Origin: Promethearchaeota archaeon
Lineage (GTDB): Archaea; Asgardarchaeota; Lokiarchaeia; Sigyniarchaeales; SOKP01
Assembly: GCA_048937405.1 (NCBI GenBank)
Contig: JBHLNF010000001.1
Span: 880,785 to 944,784, forward strand
Length of the DNA: 64,000 bases
Reading direction: 5' to 3'
Below the pieces are notes generated by a model. The model made no database searches, was not told the DNA's origin, and was given only the letters and a program-made list of their open reading frames with translations. How positions within the stretch are numbered: the stretch's first letter is position 1; each line of letters starts with the position of its first letter. A program made the position numbers and the translations under genes. Below, piece by piece: positions 11,561 through 22,397 of the stretch.

Positions 11561-11808
11561 TTAATTCTATTCTTGAAATTTTTTCTTATATTCTTATTTT
11601 TAATCGATAATTTTTTTAAAAAAATTCAACTATTTTACAGCTTTATTATTTCTGTAAATAAAGGGAATTTATAATCTTTATATATAGTTAAAATTTGACC
11701 AATCTCAGAATTTTATTAGAATACACCCATGACACAAGAATATTATTTTGATTTTTGTAGCATACTTTGCCTTTTCTACTTAACAAGGTTTTACTCAGAA
11801 AAGGTTGA

Positions 11809-12288
11809 TTTAAAGTTCATACAACAAAACAAAAAATTTGTGTATTAGGATTAAGTAGTGTTGGAAAATCATCATTAGTATCTTTACTTCAAGGTAGAGA
11901 AATTCCGAAGCAAAGAAATCCTACTGTAGGATTGGACATTGAAAATTCTGTACTCAATGGAAAAAAAGTAAATATTTGGGACTTCGGTGGTCAAGAACGT
12001 TATCATTTTATGTGGCAGGATTTTTTAAAAGGAGCTGGTTTGACTGTTTTGGTATGTGATTCGACAGAAGATAATATTGAAAAGACAAAAGATATATTTA
12101 ATAAGTTCTCAAGATATATGACCTCTAAAATTATTGCTATTGCAAATAAACAGGATCTCCCTGGTGCATTAAAAGCAAAGAAAGTACAGAAAAAGTTAGG
12201 TTTACCAACATATGGTATGTCTGCCATTAGATTGGATTTGCGTAAGAGAATGAGGGAAATTTTAGAGTATGAAATTCAAAAAGATTAA
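11809..12288 (+). CDS. Small Ras-superfamily GTPase; true 5' end lies upstream of the ORF-track start
   Basis: The same frame upstream of 11932 reads KICVLGLSSVGKSS (G1) and PTVG (G2), then WDFGGQ (G3), NKQD (G4), SA (G5). The frame is bounded by TGA at 11806-11808 and the start codon is unresolved. Confidence 0.85.
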   Translation, partial: FKVHTTKQKICVLGLSSVGKSSLVSLLQGREIPKQRNPTVGLDIENSVLNGKKVNIWDFGGQERYHFMWQDFLKGAGLTVLVCDSTEDNIEKTKDIFNKFSRYMTSKIIAIANKQDLPGALKAKKVQKKLGLPTYGMSAIRLDLRKRMREILEYEIQKD

Positions 12289-12304
12289 ACAAAAATATAA
12301 ATTA

Positions 12305-12865
12305 CTAAAAAATTCTACCAATTAAATGGGCCATTCTTACAGATTCTGGTAATTTGGAATCAATACATAATTTTTTCAAAAGAGATTCAGCGCTTTGAAT
12401 AGTAATACCTTTACAATGAAAAAATATCTTTGATAAACCTCCAGCAGTATTTATTTCTGTTTCGTATAAATTTCCTGCTTCTATTATATATCTTAATTTA
12501 CTTTTATATGTATCAGGGAATTTACTTCTGAGTGCTTTATTAACTGAATCAAGATCTACATCTCGTTCTGTTATGGCAATAATAGGTTTTTTTGTTTTAC
12601 TATAAATTTCAGTTAAATCTATAAGATTGAAACCTCCAAAAGTTATTGTATGAGTTAAAATATATTGCACATGTTTTTCATTGTCCCTAATTAGATTTAT
12701 TATTTTTTCAGTCGCATCGTCTCCGTCTATTGTAATATCATCTCTTACTACTCTTATCATCCTTGTTCCTTGGCAGATCACTCCAATTAATTGAGTCGCT
12801 TTAACACTATTTTTCAAATCAAATGTTGCATCATCAAATCCGATTGATATTGGATGATCTTTCAT
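12305..12865 (-). CDS. DUF99 / endonuclease dU family protein
   Basis: GFDD, IDGDDAT, ITFGGFN.ID, LPE.VR.AH motifs. Confidence 0.85.
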   Translation of the reverse strand: MKDHPISIGFDDATFDLKNSVKATQLIGVICQGTRMIRVVRDDITIDGDDATEKIINLIRDNEKHVQYILTHTITFGGFNLIDLTEIYSKTKKPIIAITERDVDLDSVNKALRSKFPDTYKSKLRYIIEAGNLYETEINTAGGLSKIFFHCKGITIQSAESLLKKLCIDSKLPESVRMAHLIGRIF

Positions 12866-12869
12866 ATTA

Positions 12870-13322
12870 TTATAATTCAGGTAAAAATTTTTTAGTATAA
12901 TTTAAAAGATTTGTAAAAGCGATTGTTGCTTTTTCAATTTCTTCATTTCTCTCATAAAGATCCCCTGAAAGATTATCTACTAAAAATTCTATAATTTCTT
13001 TTAGAGACATTTTATTACTAAGCCATACATAAGCTATTAATGATTCTACTGTATCAGCAAGATCATGAGTATTAGCTCTAGTTTTTGTAAAACTCTTCAT
13101 TCTAGCATTTTTTAACGCGTTTCCTAATATTACTTTACCGACTTTTTTTCCAGTCCTAATAATATTATTATTTGGATTGTTTTTTGTGAGAAAAATAGAT
13201 TTAGCTACTGAATAAGCTATGTTTACGATTCCATCACCGATTTTAGCCAAACCCTTATCAGTTCCAATAATCTTTTGTGATTTGTTTAGATTTAAATCAG
13301 AAATTAAAAACTCGTAATCCAT
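12870..13322 (-). CDS. Archaeal RNase III-like domain protein
   Basis: DKGLAKIGD.IVN..YS and AD.VE.LIAY motifs; usual position downstream of rpoL. Confidence 0.75.
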   Translation of the reverse strand: MDYEFLISDLNLNKSQKIIGTDKGLAKIGDGIVNIAYSVAKSIFLTKNNPNNNIIRTGKKVGKVILGNALKNARMKSFTKTRANTHDLADTVESLIAYVWLSNKMSLKEIIEFLVDNLSGDLYERNEEIEKATIAFTNLLNYTKKFLPEL

Positions 13323-13379
13323 TAAGATAAGTTGAATTAGGACTTCTTATAAATTTTTCATAAAAGAAAGAATATAGAT

Positions 13380-13877
13380 CTAAGTAATTTTTTTAAACAA
13401 TTTTTGTACTTCAATAACTTCACTTCTTAGTGACTCAATTCCTTTATGTAATATGTCTTTAATTTGATAATCTTTAGAATTTTCGAGACGGATAAAAATT
13501 TTTGGCAATTCTACATTATTTACTTTATAAGCAGCAATATTAACACCCTCAATTTCCAATAAATGTTTTACAAGAATATTGCAAAATCCATGTGATTGTC
13601 CTTCAACTGATACTTCATAATCATTTTTTCCTAATCCTCTATTTATTGTTACATTGAGATACTTATAATCAGGAAATCTTGCTTCTTCTTCAATCTCAAA
13701 TTCTTCTTCCTCTTCTATTGGTTCTTCGAATGATTCGGGTTCTGGTTCACGTTCCTTTTTTTTTTCTACTTCCGGGAATACTTCCTCGATTTCTTCCTCT
13801 TCTAATAATTCTTCCATTAGTCCATCGATATCATTATCTTCTGTATCTTCTGGTTTAACTGCTTTTTTTTTAGCCAT
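13380..13877 (-). CDS. rpoL: RNA polymerase subunit L (Rpo11/RPB11-like) with acidic N-terminal extension
   Basis: EG.SHGF.N.L...L....GV..AAY motif; csl4-rpoL synteny. Confidence 0.75.
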   Translation of the reverse strand: MAKKKAVKPEDTEDNDIDGLMEELLEEEEIEEVFPEVEKKKEREPEPESFEEPIEEEEEFEIEEEARFPDYKYLNVTINRGLGKNDYEVSVEGQSHGFCNILVKHLLEIEGVNIAAYKVNNVELPKIFIRLENSKDYQIKDILHKGIESLRSEVIEVQKLFKKIT

Positions 13878-13972
13878 TCTTTTTACTCCTAATGATTAGG
13901 ATTTGATAATCCTAATAAAAAATATGCAAAATTAAATAAATTTTTTTTGGTTTTCTTGAAAAATCATATATT

Positions 13973-14191
13973 TTAGAAATAACGATTTGCTAGATCTTTT
14001 AACCTTTCAGTTGCTAAATGTTGGAGATCTCTAGAACCAAAGAGGGTGATTTTTATAGTTTTCCCTTCAACGGAAACATTTAGATTAAGGTAATTTATTT
14101 TTTTTTGGACATCTTCAAGAAATTTAATCACGTTTTCCAAAATTCCGCTGTTATTATAGAAATGAATAATTTTTTTTCCAGTCTTTTTCAA
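13973..14191 (-). CDS. Small conserved hypothetical protein in the csl4-rpoL cluster
   Basis: 72-aa ORF, co-oriented between csl4 and rpoL. Confidence 0.6.
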   Translation of the reverse strand: MKKTGKKIIHFYNNSGILENVIKFLEDVQKKINYLNLNVSVEGKTIKITLFGSRDLQHLATERLKDLANRYF

Positions 14192-14228
14192 TAATAAACA
14201 CTTAATTTGTTCTGAATGAAAATGATAA

Positions 14229-14840
14229 TTAAAATCTTAAATTATTAGACACATTTCCATAATCAATAGCTAGTTTTCTGGATTCTTGGTTTCCACATCG
14301 GTCACACTGTAATTTATTATATCCAATTTTTATTAGAGGAAGTCCACAGATGACGCAATCAGCATAAATAACTCCAAGATCTTTTCCCACTGTGCTTAAT
14401 TTATATTCATTATAATTTTGTTCTACTACACGAGCACGTACAATATCAGTTATTTGAAAAGCATCACGAATTTTTTCTACATATTTATCTGAAATTTGTG
14501 ACACATGAATATTACCAAAATAACTGGAATTAAAATGAATTTTTTTGTTTATTGTATAAAAACTAATTCCAACTGAATACTGACGCAAAAAAAGGATTAC
14601 ACCAATAATAATATCCCCAATCTTCACAACTTTACGATCTTTTTCTTGATGGGTACTTATTTCAATTTTCCTTTCTTCATTATTAAAATTAATTAATCCT
14701 GCTTTACTGGCAAATATTTTTCCATCTTTAGTAAAAGTGCATTGTTTATCTGGAAGAAATTCTTCTACAACACCAAGAAATTCACCAGTTAAGACAATAT
14801 CATTATCTTTAAAAGATTTCTTACTCATTAGTATCAACAA
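14229..14840 (-). CDS. csl4: Exosome RNA-binding subunit Csl4
   Basis: N-terminal V.TGE.LG..EEF, S1 domain (IHVSQ..F...DIVRARV), C-terminal Zn ribbon with E.RK.A. Confidence 0.92.
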   Translation of the reverse strand: MLILMSKKSFKDNDIVLTGEFLGVVEEFLPDKQCTFTKDGKIFASKAGLINFNNEERKIEISTHQEKDRKVVKIGDIIIGVILFLRQYSVGISFYTINKKIHFNSSYFGNIHVSQISDKYVEKIRDAFQITDIVRARVVEQNYNEYKLSTVGKDLGVIYADCVICGLPLIKIGYNKLQCDRCGNQESRKLAIDYGNVSNNLRF

Positions 14841-14942
14841 TAGTTATTTTATTTCTCAAAATCTTTCTATTTTAAGTAAATATTATTAAATAAAATAAAT
14901 AAATTTAATGTATTAATTTAAAAAGAGTAAACATTTTTTTGG

Positions 14943-15587
14943 ATGAGAATTAGCAAAAGAGAATTAATCTCTATTATACAAAACACCGAATCATTCATTA
15001 ATCCGAAAATTCAATTAGAACAATATTGTATTGATGCAAATTGCGCTGTAGATATACTATATTATGCTGGTTTTGAAAATAATGATATCAGAGACGCTTT
15101 AGTTGTTGATTTAGGTGCTGGAACAGGAAGATTATCCATCGCTAGTGCTTTTCTAAATGCCCAATATATAATAAGCGTTGATATTGATATAGAAGCTCTA
15201 AATATTTTAAAAAAGAATATTTATAATCTAGAATTGAGCCAAATTATTTTCCCTATTTGCGCAGATATTGATTTCTTTCGTATTTCACATAGAAATCTAT
15301 CAAAAAAAAAACAAATAACCACAATTATGAATCCTCCATTTGGAGTACAGACTAGGTTCGCAGATAGAACTTTTTTGAAAAAAGCATTTGAATTTTCCGA
15401 TATTGTTTATTCTATCCATTTAGCAAATGAAAAAGTAAAAAAATTCATTTCAACTTATATTAACAATCTTAACTGGAAAATAGATAATATACTTCCTTTT
15501 ACAATGATTTTAGAAAAAAAATTTCCATTTCATACTCAAAAAACAAAGAAAATTAAAGTAAATATATATAGATTTTTAAAAAAATAG
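14943..15587 (+). CDS. METTL5-family N6-adenine RNA methyltransferase
   Basis: LEQY, DLGAGTG.L, NPPFG, YSIH, FH motifs. Confidence 0.9.
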   Translation: MRISKRELISIIQNTESFINPKIQLEQYCIDANCAVDILYYAGFENNDIRDALVVDLGAGTGRLSIASAFLNAQYIISVDIDIEALNILKKNIYNLELSQIIFPICADIDFFRISHRNLSKKKQITTIMNPPFGVQTRFADRTFLKKAFEFSDIVYSIHLANEKVKKFISTYINNLNWKIDNILPFTMILEKKFPFHTQKTKKIKVNIYRFLKK

Positions 15588-15628
15588 TAAAAAAAATATA
15601 AATAAATTACTCAATTTCAACTGAATTG

Positions 15629-16606
15629 TTAGACTCCATCCCAACCTACCAAACGAGCTAACATCCACCAGAACGCTATACCTTTATGCATACAATTTTC
15701 AAGAGAGGTGTGCGCAGCTTCACTGACATTACTGTATTCCCAGTGTCTCTTGGGAACAGTTATTGTCTCATTTCCATTATCATACTGATATGTACTATGG
15801 TCGTAAGGATTTCCATTAGAATCATATAACCAACATTCAATATCAGCAAAATCAAATAAGGTTTTATTATTTTCGATACAATATTGACGAATCAATTGAT
15901 TGTTAATATATCTGTTGTATCCTGCTGCTGGATCTCTTTCTCCCTCATATCCCTCAGCAGTAGGGCCCTCGGGGTAATCTCCTTCGTCACAATTTCCAGT
16001 CATATATACAAAAGTAATATTTCTCCCCTGATTGAGATAATGTTGTTCAAAAGCATTCATTTGGTCTAAATATGTTTGAATATTTTCAATCGGGTAATCA
16101 GTTACTTGACAGCACCAACACCACATTGAAATAACTATTGAAGGATTATGATCAATCACATCATAAGTATCATCAATTCCAGAAGAGGATTCCCAGTATA
16201 ATTGTGGAGTAATGTATGACTCGGATTCTTGACCATCAAAAATACACAATGATCCTTCTTCTGATGGAAGTGAACTATAACCTATTTCTACACTATAGTT
16301 TGAATAAGTATTCATTATTTCGAGCAAACCCCTAGTAATCTGCCCTCCATGTGAAGTGTGGGCATAGTGTACTTTCATTGTATTTTTTACAGTGTTTATC
16401 GATTCCAATGGGATTTGATTTAATTTTACACAATTATGATCGATAATTAAAGAACTCGTTGATGGCGTTATTGGATTTATTGGATCTATTGGATTTGTTG
16501 GATCATTGGAGTCCTTTTTGAATTTCTGATAAAAACCTATAACTAAACCCGTAGTAACTAAACTCCCTAGTATGATTACTCCAATGATAGTAGCTTTTGA
16601 TCTCAT
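15629..16606 (-). CDS. Membrane-anchored extracellular protein, possibly SGNH-like hydrolase fold
   Basis: N-terminal TM, Pro-rich linker ([14 protein letters not shown]), [19 protein letters not shown] motifs; fold call is tentative. Confidence 0.55.
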   Translation of the reverse strand: MRSKATIIGVIILGSLVTTGLVIGFYQKFKKDSNDPTNPIDPINPITPSTSSLIIDHNCVKLNQIPLESINTVKNTMKVHYAHTSHGGQITRGLLEIMNTYSNYSVEIGYSSLPSEEGSLCIFDGQESESYITPQLYWESSSGIDDTYDVIDHNPSIVISMWCWCCQVTDYPIENIQTYLDQMNAFEQHYLNQGRNITFVYMTGNCDEGDYPEGPTAEGYEGERDPAAGYNRYINNQLIRQYCIENNKTLFDFADIECWLYDSNGNPYDHSTYQYDNGNETITVPKRHWEYSNVSEAAHTSLENCMHKGIAFWWMLARLVGWDGV

Positions 16607-16775
16607 AATTTTTTTATCATTTTTTTAAGTAAATTTCAATATTATTATTCATAACGATATACATATATAAAATTAAATTTAGAACTTTACATTTGTGTCA
16701 GTATTTAGCTCAAAATCCTCCTAATTTCCATCTTTTTTTATGGAATATAAAAAGATAAAAAAATTAAATTAGATT

Positions 16776-18080
16776 TTAGATAAATTTTTTCCATGAATCT
16801 AAATTTTGGGGATATTTTGCATTTTCTCCCAGCAGTTCTTCAATCCTTAATAATTGATTGAATTTTGAAGTCCGATCTGACCTACAGGTCGCCCCAGTTT
16901 TCAATTGACCTGTACAGAGTCCAACTGCTAAATCAGCAATAAACGTGTCTTCGGTTTCTCCAGAACGATGTGATACCATAACATTAAATCCATTATTAAA
17001 AGACATTTTTGCAGCTTTTATAGCTTCAGTTAAAGAACCTATTTGATTCACTTTTAATAATAGAGCATTTCCTGCTTTCTCTTTTATCGCTTTCTCAAGA
17101 ATTTTAATATTAGTCACTGTTATATCATCATCAACAATTTGAATAGATTTATCAACTTTAGCGGATAAATTCGAAAAGTTTCTAAAGTCTTTTTCATCAA
17201 AAGGATCCTCAATAGATTTGAATGGATATTCACGGATTAGGTCCATATAATACTCCAATAATTCTTCTTCAGAAAGTTTTTTACCATCAATATTATAAAT
17301 ACCTTCTTCAAAAAATTCACTAGCGGCGGCATCCATTCCCAATACAAAATCAGTGCCTATTAAAAATCCCGCTGTTTCTATTGCTTCAATAATTATATCT
17401 ACTGCTTCAGATGTTAGAGTTAAATTTGGAGCAAATCCTCCTTCATCGCCCACATTAATTGCAGATGGGCCATACTTCTTAGCTAATAATTTTTTCAATG
17501 TTTGATAAACCTCAGAAACATTTTGTATTGCTTGAGAAAATGAATTAGCACCTACGGGTAAAACCATAAATTCTTGAATGGATAAGTTGTTTCCTGCATG
17601 TTCACCCCCATTTATGATGTTACAGCTAGGAATTGGCAACAAGTAATCATCCCTGGTTTTTCCATATGCTAATTCATACAGATGCTTAAACAATGGAACC
17701 TCAGATAATTGAGAAGCTAATTTAGCAACTGCTAATGAAACAGATAGAATTGCATTCGCACCTAAATTACTCTTATTTTCTGTTCCATCTATAGAGATCA
17801 TTTCTTCGTCGATTTTAGTTTGTTCTCTTACATCAAATCCTATTAATTTTTTAGCTAGAATTTCATTAACATTAGACACTGCTTTTAATACATGTTTTCC
17901 CATGAATGCTTTTCCACCATCTCGCAGTTCAAGAGCTTCCAACTCACCTGTTGATGCCCCTGAGGGAACAGCAGCTCTGGAATATTGTTTTCCAGCGAAC
18001 ACATCACATTCTACAGTAGGATTTCCTCGTGAATCTAAAATCCACCGAGCTTTAATTTTAGTAATTTTATAATCAGTCAT
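16776..18080 (-). CDS. eno: Enolase
   Basis: [42 protein letters not shown]. Confidence 0.98.
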   Translation of the reverse strand: MTDYKITKIKARWILDSRGNPTVECDVFAGKQYSRAAVPSGASTGELEALELRDGGKAFMGKHVLKAVSNVNEILAKKLIGFDVREQTKIDEEMISIDGTENKSNLGANAILSVSLAVAKLASQLSEVPLFKHLYELAYGKTRDDYLLPIPSCNIINGGEHAGNNLSIQEFMVLPVGANSFSQAIQNVSEVYQTLKKLLAKKYGPSAINVGDEGGFAPNLTLTSEAVDIIIEAIETAGFLIGTDFVLGMDAAASEFFEEGIYNIDGKKLSEEELLEYYMDLIREYPFKSIEDPFDEKDFRNFSNLSAKVDKSIQIVDDDITVTNIKILEKAIKEKAGNALLLKVNQIGSLTEAIKAAKMSFNNGFNVMVSHRSGETEDTFIADLAVGLCTGQLKTGATCRSDRTSKFNQLLRIEELLGENAKYPQNLDSWKKFI

Positions 18081-18224
18081 ACTAATCTTATTTTTACTAT
18101 TATTATGAATATTAATAAGGAATTAAGCAAATTTAATTCTTAAGATATATTATTTAAAAAAAAAAGACTCGAATATGTTTCAAAAACTGGTATAATAATA
18201 AGATTAATGTCAGATAAATCTAAA

Positions 18225-18593
18225 TTAAGATGAGTTTTCTTTGTATTTCTTCCTCTTTTCCATGAATTTTTTCTTAGGAAGCAACACGATATCTACCTTA
18301 AGACCCTTTAGAGAGAATTTAATAACATTGTTGCTACGTCCCTTTTGTACTTGGCTACCCTTGTAATGATTCCTTAATTTCGGGATAATGTCATCATAAA
18401 CTTTTTGCTTTTGATATGTTTCAGCTATCCAGAAATCCATGTCTAAATCGCTTTTATCCCTAAAAGTTCCTTCCCTGCGAGATCCTTCCTTTGCTACACC
18501 TCCCACTTTCCAACCAGATTTAGTTTTAAGCCAATCAGATATTGATATCCAAAGGTTTTTATACCTTTTGGCATAACTTTCTCGTTCACTCAT
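18225..18593 (-). CDS. Minimal Pol-beta-superfamily nucleotidyltransferase (OAS/CD-NTase-like or MNT-like core)
   Basis: GS.R.GT....SDLD plus third Asp in KVDIV; only 122 aa. Confidence 0.8.
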   Translation of the reverse strand: MSERESYAKRYKNLWISISDWLKTKSGWKVGGVAKEGSRREGTFRDKSDLDMDFWIAETYQKQKVYDDIIPKLRNHYKGSQVQKGRSNNVIKFSLKGLKVDIVLLPKKKFMEKRKKYKENSS

Positions 18594-18680
18594 TAAATCA
18601 TATCTTGAATTCTAATTTCACAATTGGAGATCATTCATATCAATATTATTAAGCATTTAATTTTTTTGTAAGTTATATAG

Positions 18681-19679
18681 ATGAAGAAAATTAGAAATGA
18701 TTATTTTGAAGATCTTCCTTCAAATGATAAATTTGAAGTTCCTCATTCAAAAAAGGCATATAATGAGGCTTTGGATCTTTCTAGTGAGATCTTGAAAAAC
18801 ATTGAGTTGAGTGAAATTTCTCTAGCCTTAATTGCATTAAAAACTATTCGACTCACACGTTTATTAAATGATTTTGAGATGGTGAGGATTATGGAATTGG
18901 AAATCTCTGGATATCCAAAAATTGATGTTTACGAAGAAAATATTGAATTCCGTGAATTAGAAAGATTGGCAAGATTTGCAGGAAGGATAAATTTAGAAAT
19001 AAATGGATTTTTAAACTTTATTCCAGATGCAATAGAAAAATTAGAGAATGAGAAAAAAATTATAAGTAAGAGAATTGACACAGCAAGCGATTTAGATGAG
19101 CGTAATAAGTTACAAAAAAGATTTCAGGATGTCTCAGAAATATTAGCACATCGGCGAAAATTTATTCATGAATATATTACAAAAACCTACTTAGAACTAA
19201 ACTATTCTACCATAACTGAAGATATCTTTAGTGTGATAAAACAAAATGTTGATCAAAAAATAGGAGAAATAGTTCCTAAATCTATTGAGAAATTTGTTGC
19301 TATATATGAAAATCTCACTTCTAAAAATCCTGAAAATTGGTCAAACGCAGTACATAGTTGTCGAAGAATTCTGAAGGACTTAGCAGATGCTATTTATCCT
19401 CCAACTATGAATATCAAGAAAGGGATAGATGGGAAATCTCATGAACTTGGTGAGGAACAATATATCAATAGAATTATTGAATTTATTACTCAAAAAAGTA
19501 AATCAGAAACCTATATTAAAATAGTAGGATCGCATCTTAGATTTATAGGGGATCGTTTGAAAAGTATTTTAGAGGGTTCTCATAAGGGTACTCATACAAA
19601 CATTACAGACAGAGAGGAAGCAAATCGCATCGTGGTTTATACTTATCTCCTCTTAGGTGACATTCTTAGCTTAGTATAA
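18681..19679 (+). CDS. AbiTii-like N-terminal domain protein with C-terminal HEPN/Abi-like helical domain
   Basis: L..I.LK..RL.RLL.D......ELE.SGY pattern; C-terminal NAVHSCRRIL..LAD and HKGTH. Confidence 0.65.
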   Translation: MKKIRNDYFEDLPSNDKFEVPHSKKAYNEALDLSSEILKNIELSEISLALIALKTIRLTRLLNDFEMVRIMELEISGYPKIDVYEENIEFRELERLARFAGRINLEINGFLNFIPDAIEKLENEKKIISKRIDTASDLDERNKLQKRFQDVSEILAHRRKFIHEYITKTYLELNYSTITEDIFSVIKQNVDQKIGEIVPKSIEKFVAIYENLTSKNPENWSNAVHSCRRILKDLADAIYPPTMNIKKGIDGKSHELGEEQYINRIIEFITQKSKSETYIKIVGSHLRFIGDRLKSILEGSHKGTHTNITDREEANRIVVYTYLLLGDILSLV

Positions 19680-19697
19680 AGCTTGATGAAGTTCTAA

Positions 19698-21158
19698 TTA
19701 CCCTTCTAAGATTTGGATTTTTACATCTTCTAAATAGGAATACCAATCTTCATTCGACTGGAACTTTTTATTAACCCATATTTTTAATAGATACCATAGA
19801 AACTCTTTAAAATTAATTTGAATTTCTTCCATTAATCTTCCATGATAATAAATCTGAGGAATCCCATCATATAGAAATTCAGGTTGGAAATCGGGTTCTT
19901 TTATTTCTTCTGGATGAGCAATGTTATTTCGTACTGTAAAAGCATCGTTAAGGAATTTCTCTAAATTTTCTTCATATTTATTGTTAATATCAAAGTGAAT
20001 CCACTTCTTACTTTCTATCTCACTCATTTTTTTAAAAACTTTGATAACAGGTTCACGCTTATTTCTTGTATTTCCAACCAAATCTACACCAATGGACTTT
20101 TTATATAACAATCCTTCAAACGTGGATACTAAAATGAATACCTTTAAATCAGCATATTGAATGTTATTCAGCGTACGGATAGTGTTTACTGCATATCGAA
20201 AAATTCGCTTTGATTCTGATTCTCGATCATCCCCATAAAAAGCATGATAGTACCACTCATAATGCGATTGCCAATTAGATTTCCAAAAGATCCATGTATC
20301 AGTGTCATACATTCGTAAATAAGCGTTTGGACGGGGAAATGAATAATGAATGTATCCCTTTACAAATGGAAAATAATCTGAAAAAGCTGGAAGTTTCACC
20401 CAATAATAATGACTTATTGAAAATGGAAAAAATTCATGGCGATCTGAATATAACATAAAGAAATCTGGAATGCTAAGCACTATCTCGTCAAATTCTTCTT
20501 TTCCATTAGGATCTAAGGGATAATATGGCATCGCTGTATAAGGTTCCTCATCGTAAAATCTTTTTGTTTTGTTATAAGAGACTTCGATGCTTGTTGTTGC
20601 ATCTTTAGCCCATTTCTGCTCTTCCTTGCGTTTTGACCAAAAAAATGGAGGATTTCTGAAATCTTTAATATCATAGGGCACTTCATTATCCGCAATATTG
20701 ATAAAAATATGATTAATATCGAGCGAAAGGCTTTTTACATCCTTTAGTATAATATTAAATGCGGGGATGAGAATTTGGTAAGAAAAATAATCGGGAATGA
20801 GAACCTCGGACTCTAATAAAACATACTGTGAATGGAAATGGTCCTTAAGTCCCTGATTAGCTTTTAATTCTGCTTTCTGCATTTTTGTTATTTTTATTGA
20901 TTGATTCTGACAATATATATACATATTTCCTAAAAAATGCATCAAATAAACAGGAAGAATGTTAAATTCTTCACCTGCAACTGCTCTCCATTGAAATTTT
21001 CCAATTTCAGAAGTCTGAGTTAAATTCTCAACGTATTTTTGCCCAATTTTTTCATTAAAGATTTTACTTTCATAACCCCTTTCGAAATTTGCGAGATAAT
21101 GCTGTACTAATTTCCATGTTTCTTCTTTTATTTTTGGTAATTCTACTAAATTTGTCAT
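19698..21158 (-). CDS. HEPN-domain protein (ApeA-like architecture)
   Basis: C-terminal STFEGLL ... RNNIAH (RxxxxH). Confidence 0.7.
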   Translation of the reverse strand: MTNLVELPKIKEETWKLVQHYLANFERGYESKIFNEKIGQKYVENLTQTSEIGKFQWRAVAGEEFNILPVYLMHFLGNMYIYCQNQSIKITKMQKAELKANQGLKDHFHSQYVLLESEVLIPDYFSYQILIPAFNIILKDVKSLSLDINHIFINIADNEVPYDIKDFRNPPFFWSKRKEEQKWAKDATTSIEVSYNKTKRFYDEEPYTAMPYYPLDPNGKEEFDEIVLSIPDFFMLYSDRHEFFPFSISHYYWVKLPAFSDYFPFVKGYIHYSFPRPNAYLRMYDTDTWIFWKSNWQSHYEWYYHAFYGDDRESESKRIFRYAVNTIRTLNNIQYADLKVFILVSTFEGLLYKKSIGVDLVGNTRNKREPVIKVFKKMSEIESKKWIHFDINNKYEENLEKFLNDAFTVRNNIAHPEEIKEPDFQPEFLYDGIPQIYYHGRLMEEIQINFKEFLWYLLKIWVNKKFQSNEDWYSYLEDVKIQILEG

Positions 21159-21197
21159 TTTACTAAGGCTCTAGTGATTTTATTCTTAATTAAGTGA

Positions 21198-22397
21198 TCA
21201 TAATATTCTACTAATCTGACTATATAATCTTTCGGCATCTTTATTAGTCTTGCCATAAGCGTTTAATACTGGTTCATATAACCTTTTAATTACCTCTAAT
21301 TTACCCGTTGAAAGTTCCCCTATATTTACAATAACTTTTATAGTATCAAGGTTTAACTGCCTAGGATTAGAGGGAGGTTGTAGAAGTGACCAGCTTGAAA
21401 TTCCCATAATTTTCAATTGAATAGTTATTTCTCCAAAATAGAGAAAATTTTTGTACAATTCATGTAAAAAGTCAAAAAATCCCAAATAATAATTAGATAG
21501 ATATACCAAATTTAATTTTTGTTTTTGAGTCAATTCCTCCTGAGAATCAAATGGAACTTCATATCTCAAATTATAAATTATTATTCCATCTTTATGAATT
21601 AAAATATTTTTAAGTCGTTTTGATTCAGAATCGTAAATATAATCTTTCTGTCTAACAATAGGAGTTCCTTCAAACAATTCATCAGTTTTATTCGAATTTA
21701 GAAATAATTTTTTCGTAAGAAAACTAAGAATATCATCATTAAATATCGTTTTTCTAATATCTATAGGTCTAATTATTAAAAAAGTGCTTAAGATTAAATT
21801 TCCATGAGTATCCTTGCCATCAGTGAAGGTATAACCACTTAAATAATTATTTCGACGCAGATAATCTAAAAATTCTCTCTCAATGGAACCTACTAAATCG
21901 TCTTTTTCTTTCTCAAGTGTAAAAAAAGAATCAAAAGCTTGCTCAATTTCACTGTTCACCATAGGACTTGAAGTAAATTCTGTCCGTTTATAATATTTTT
22001 TATAACCTTTGGCTTGATGGATTCGAGGGTATTTTTTTGGTATAAATAATACATAGACATGACCTTCTATTTCATCAGTTTTAACTGGGATAGGAAATAT
22101 TCTTATATTTAATGGTGGATCTATTCCATCCTTAGTAATTAAATCGATTCTTTCTCTTACATCAGTTTGTAATATCGGAGTAATCTTCTTAGGTAGATGT
22201 TCTTTTTCATCAATACCATATATAATATTTCCACCATCTGAATTCGCAAAGGCTGAAATATCTTTTGCGATTTCGTTATTGTTCCCACTGACTTCTCTTT
22301 TATAATCTAGATGATGACTTTCTTGGATTTGATTTTTAATCAAACTTTCAAGATATTCTTGATTAGTGTTTTCGAAATCATTAGGTGTGATTAACAT
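21198..22397 (-). CDS. AlbA_2 (Schlafen-like) domain protein with unknown C-terminal domain
   Basis: E...LDYK, DISAFANSDGG.IIYGIDE, YYKR....S.PM. Confidence 0.88.
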   Translation of the reverse strand: MLITPNDFENTNQEYLESLIKNQIQESHHLDYKREVSGNNNEIAKDISAFANSDGGNIIYGIDEKEHLPKKITPILQTDVRERIDLITKDGIDPPLNIRIFPIPVKTDEIEGHVYVLFIPKKYPRIHQAKGYKKYYKRTEFTSSPMVNSEIEQAFDSFFTLEKEKDDLVGSIEREFLDYLRRNNYLSGYTFTDGKDTHGNLILSTFLIIRPIDIRKTIFNDDILSFLTKKLFLNSNKTDELFEGTPIVRQKDYIYDSESKRLKNILIHKDGIIIYNLRYEVPFDSQEELTQKQKLNLVYLSNYYLGFFDFLHELYKNFLYFGEITIQLKIMGISSWSLLQPPSNPRQLNLDTIKVIVNIGELSTGKLEVIKRLYEPVLNAYGKTNKDAERLYSQISRIL

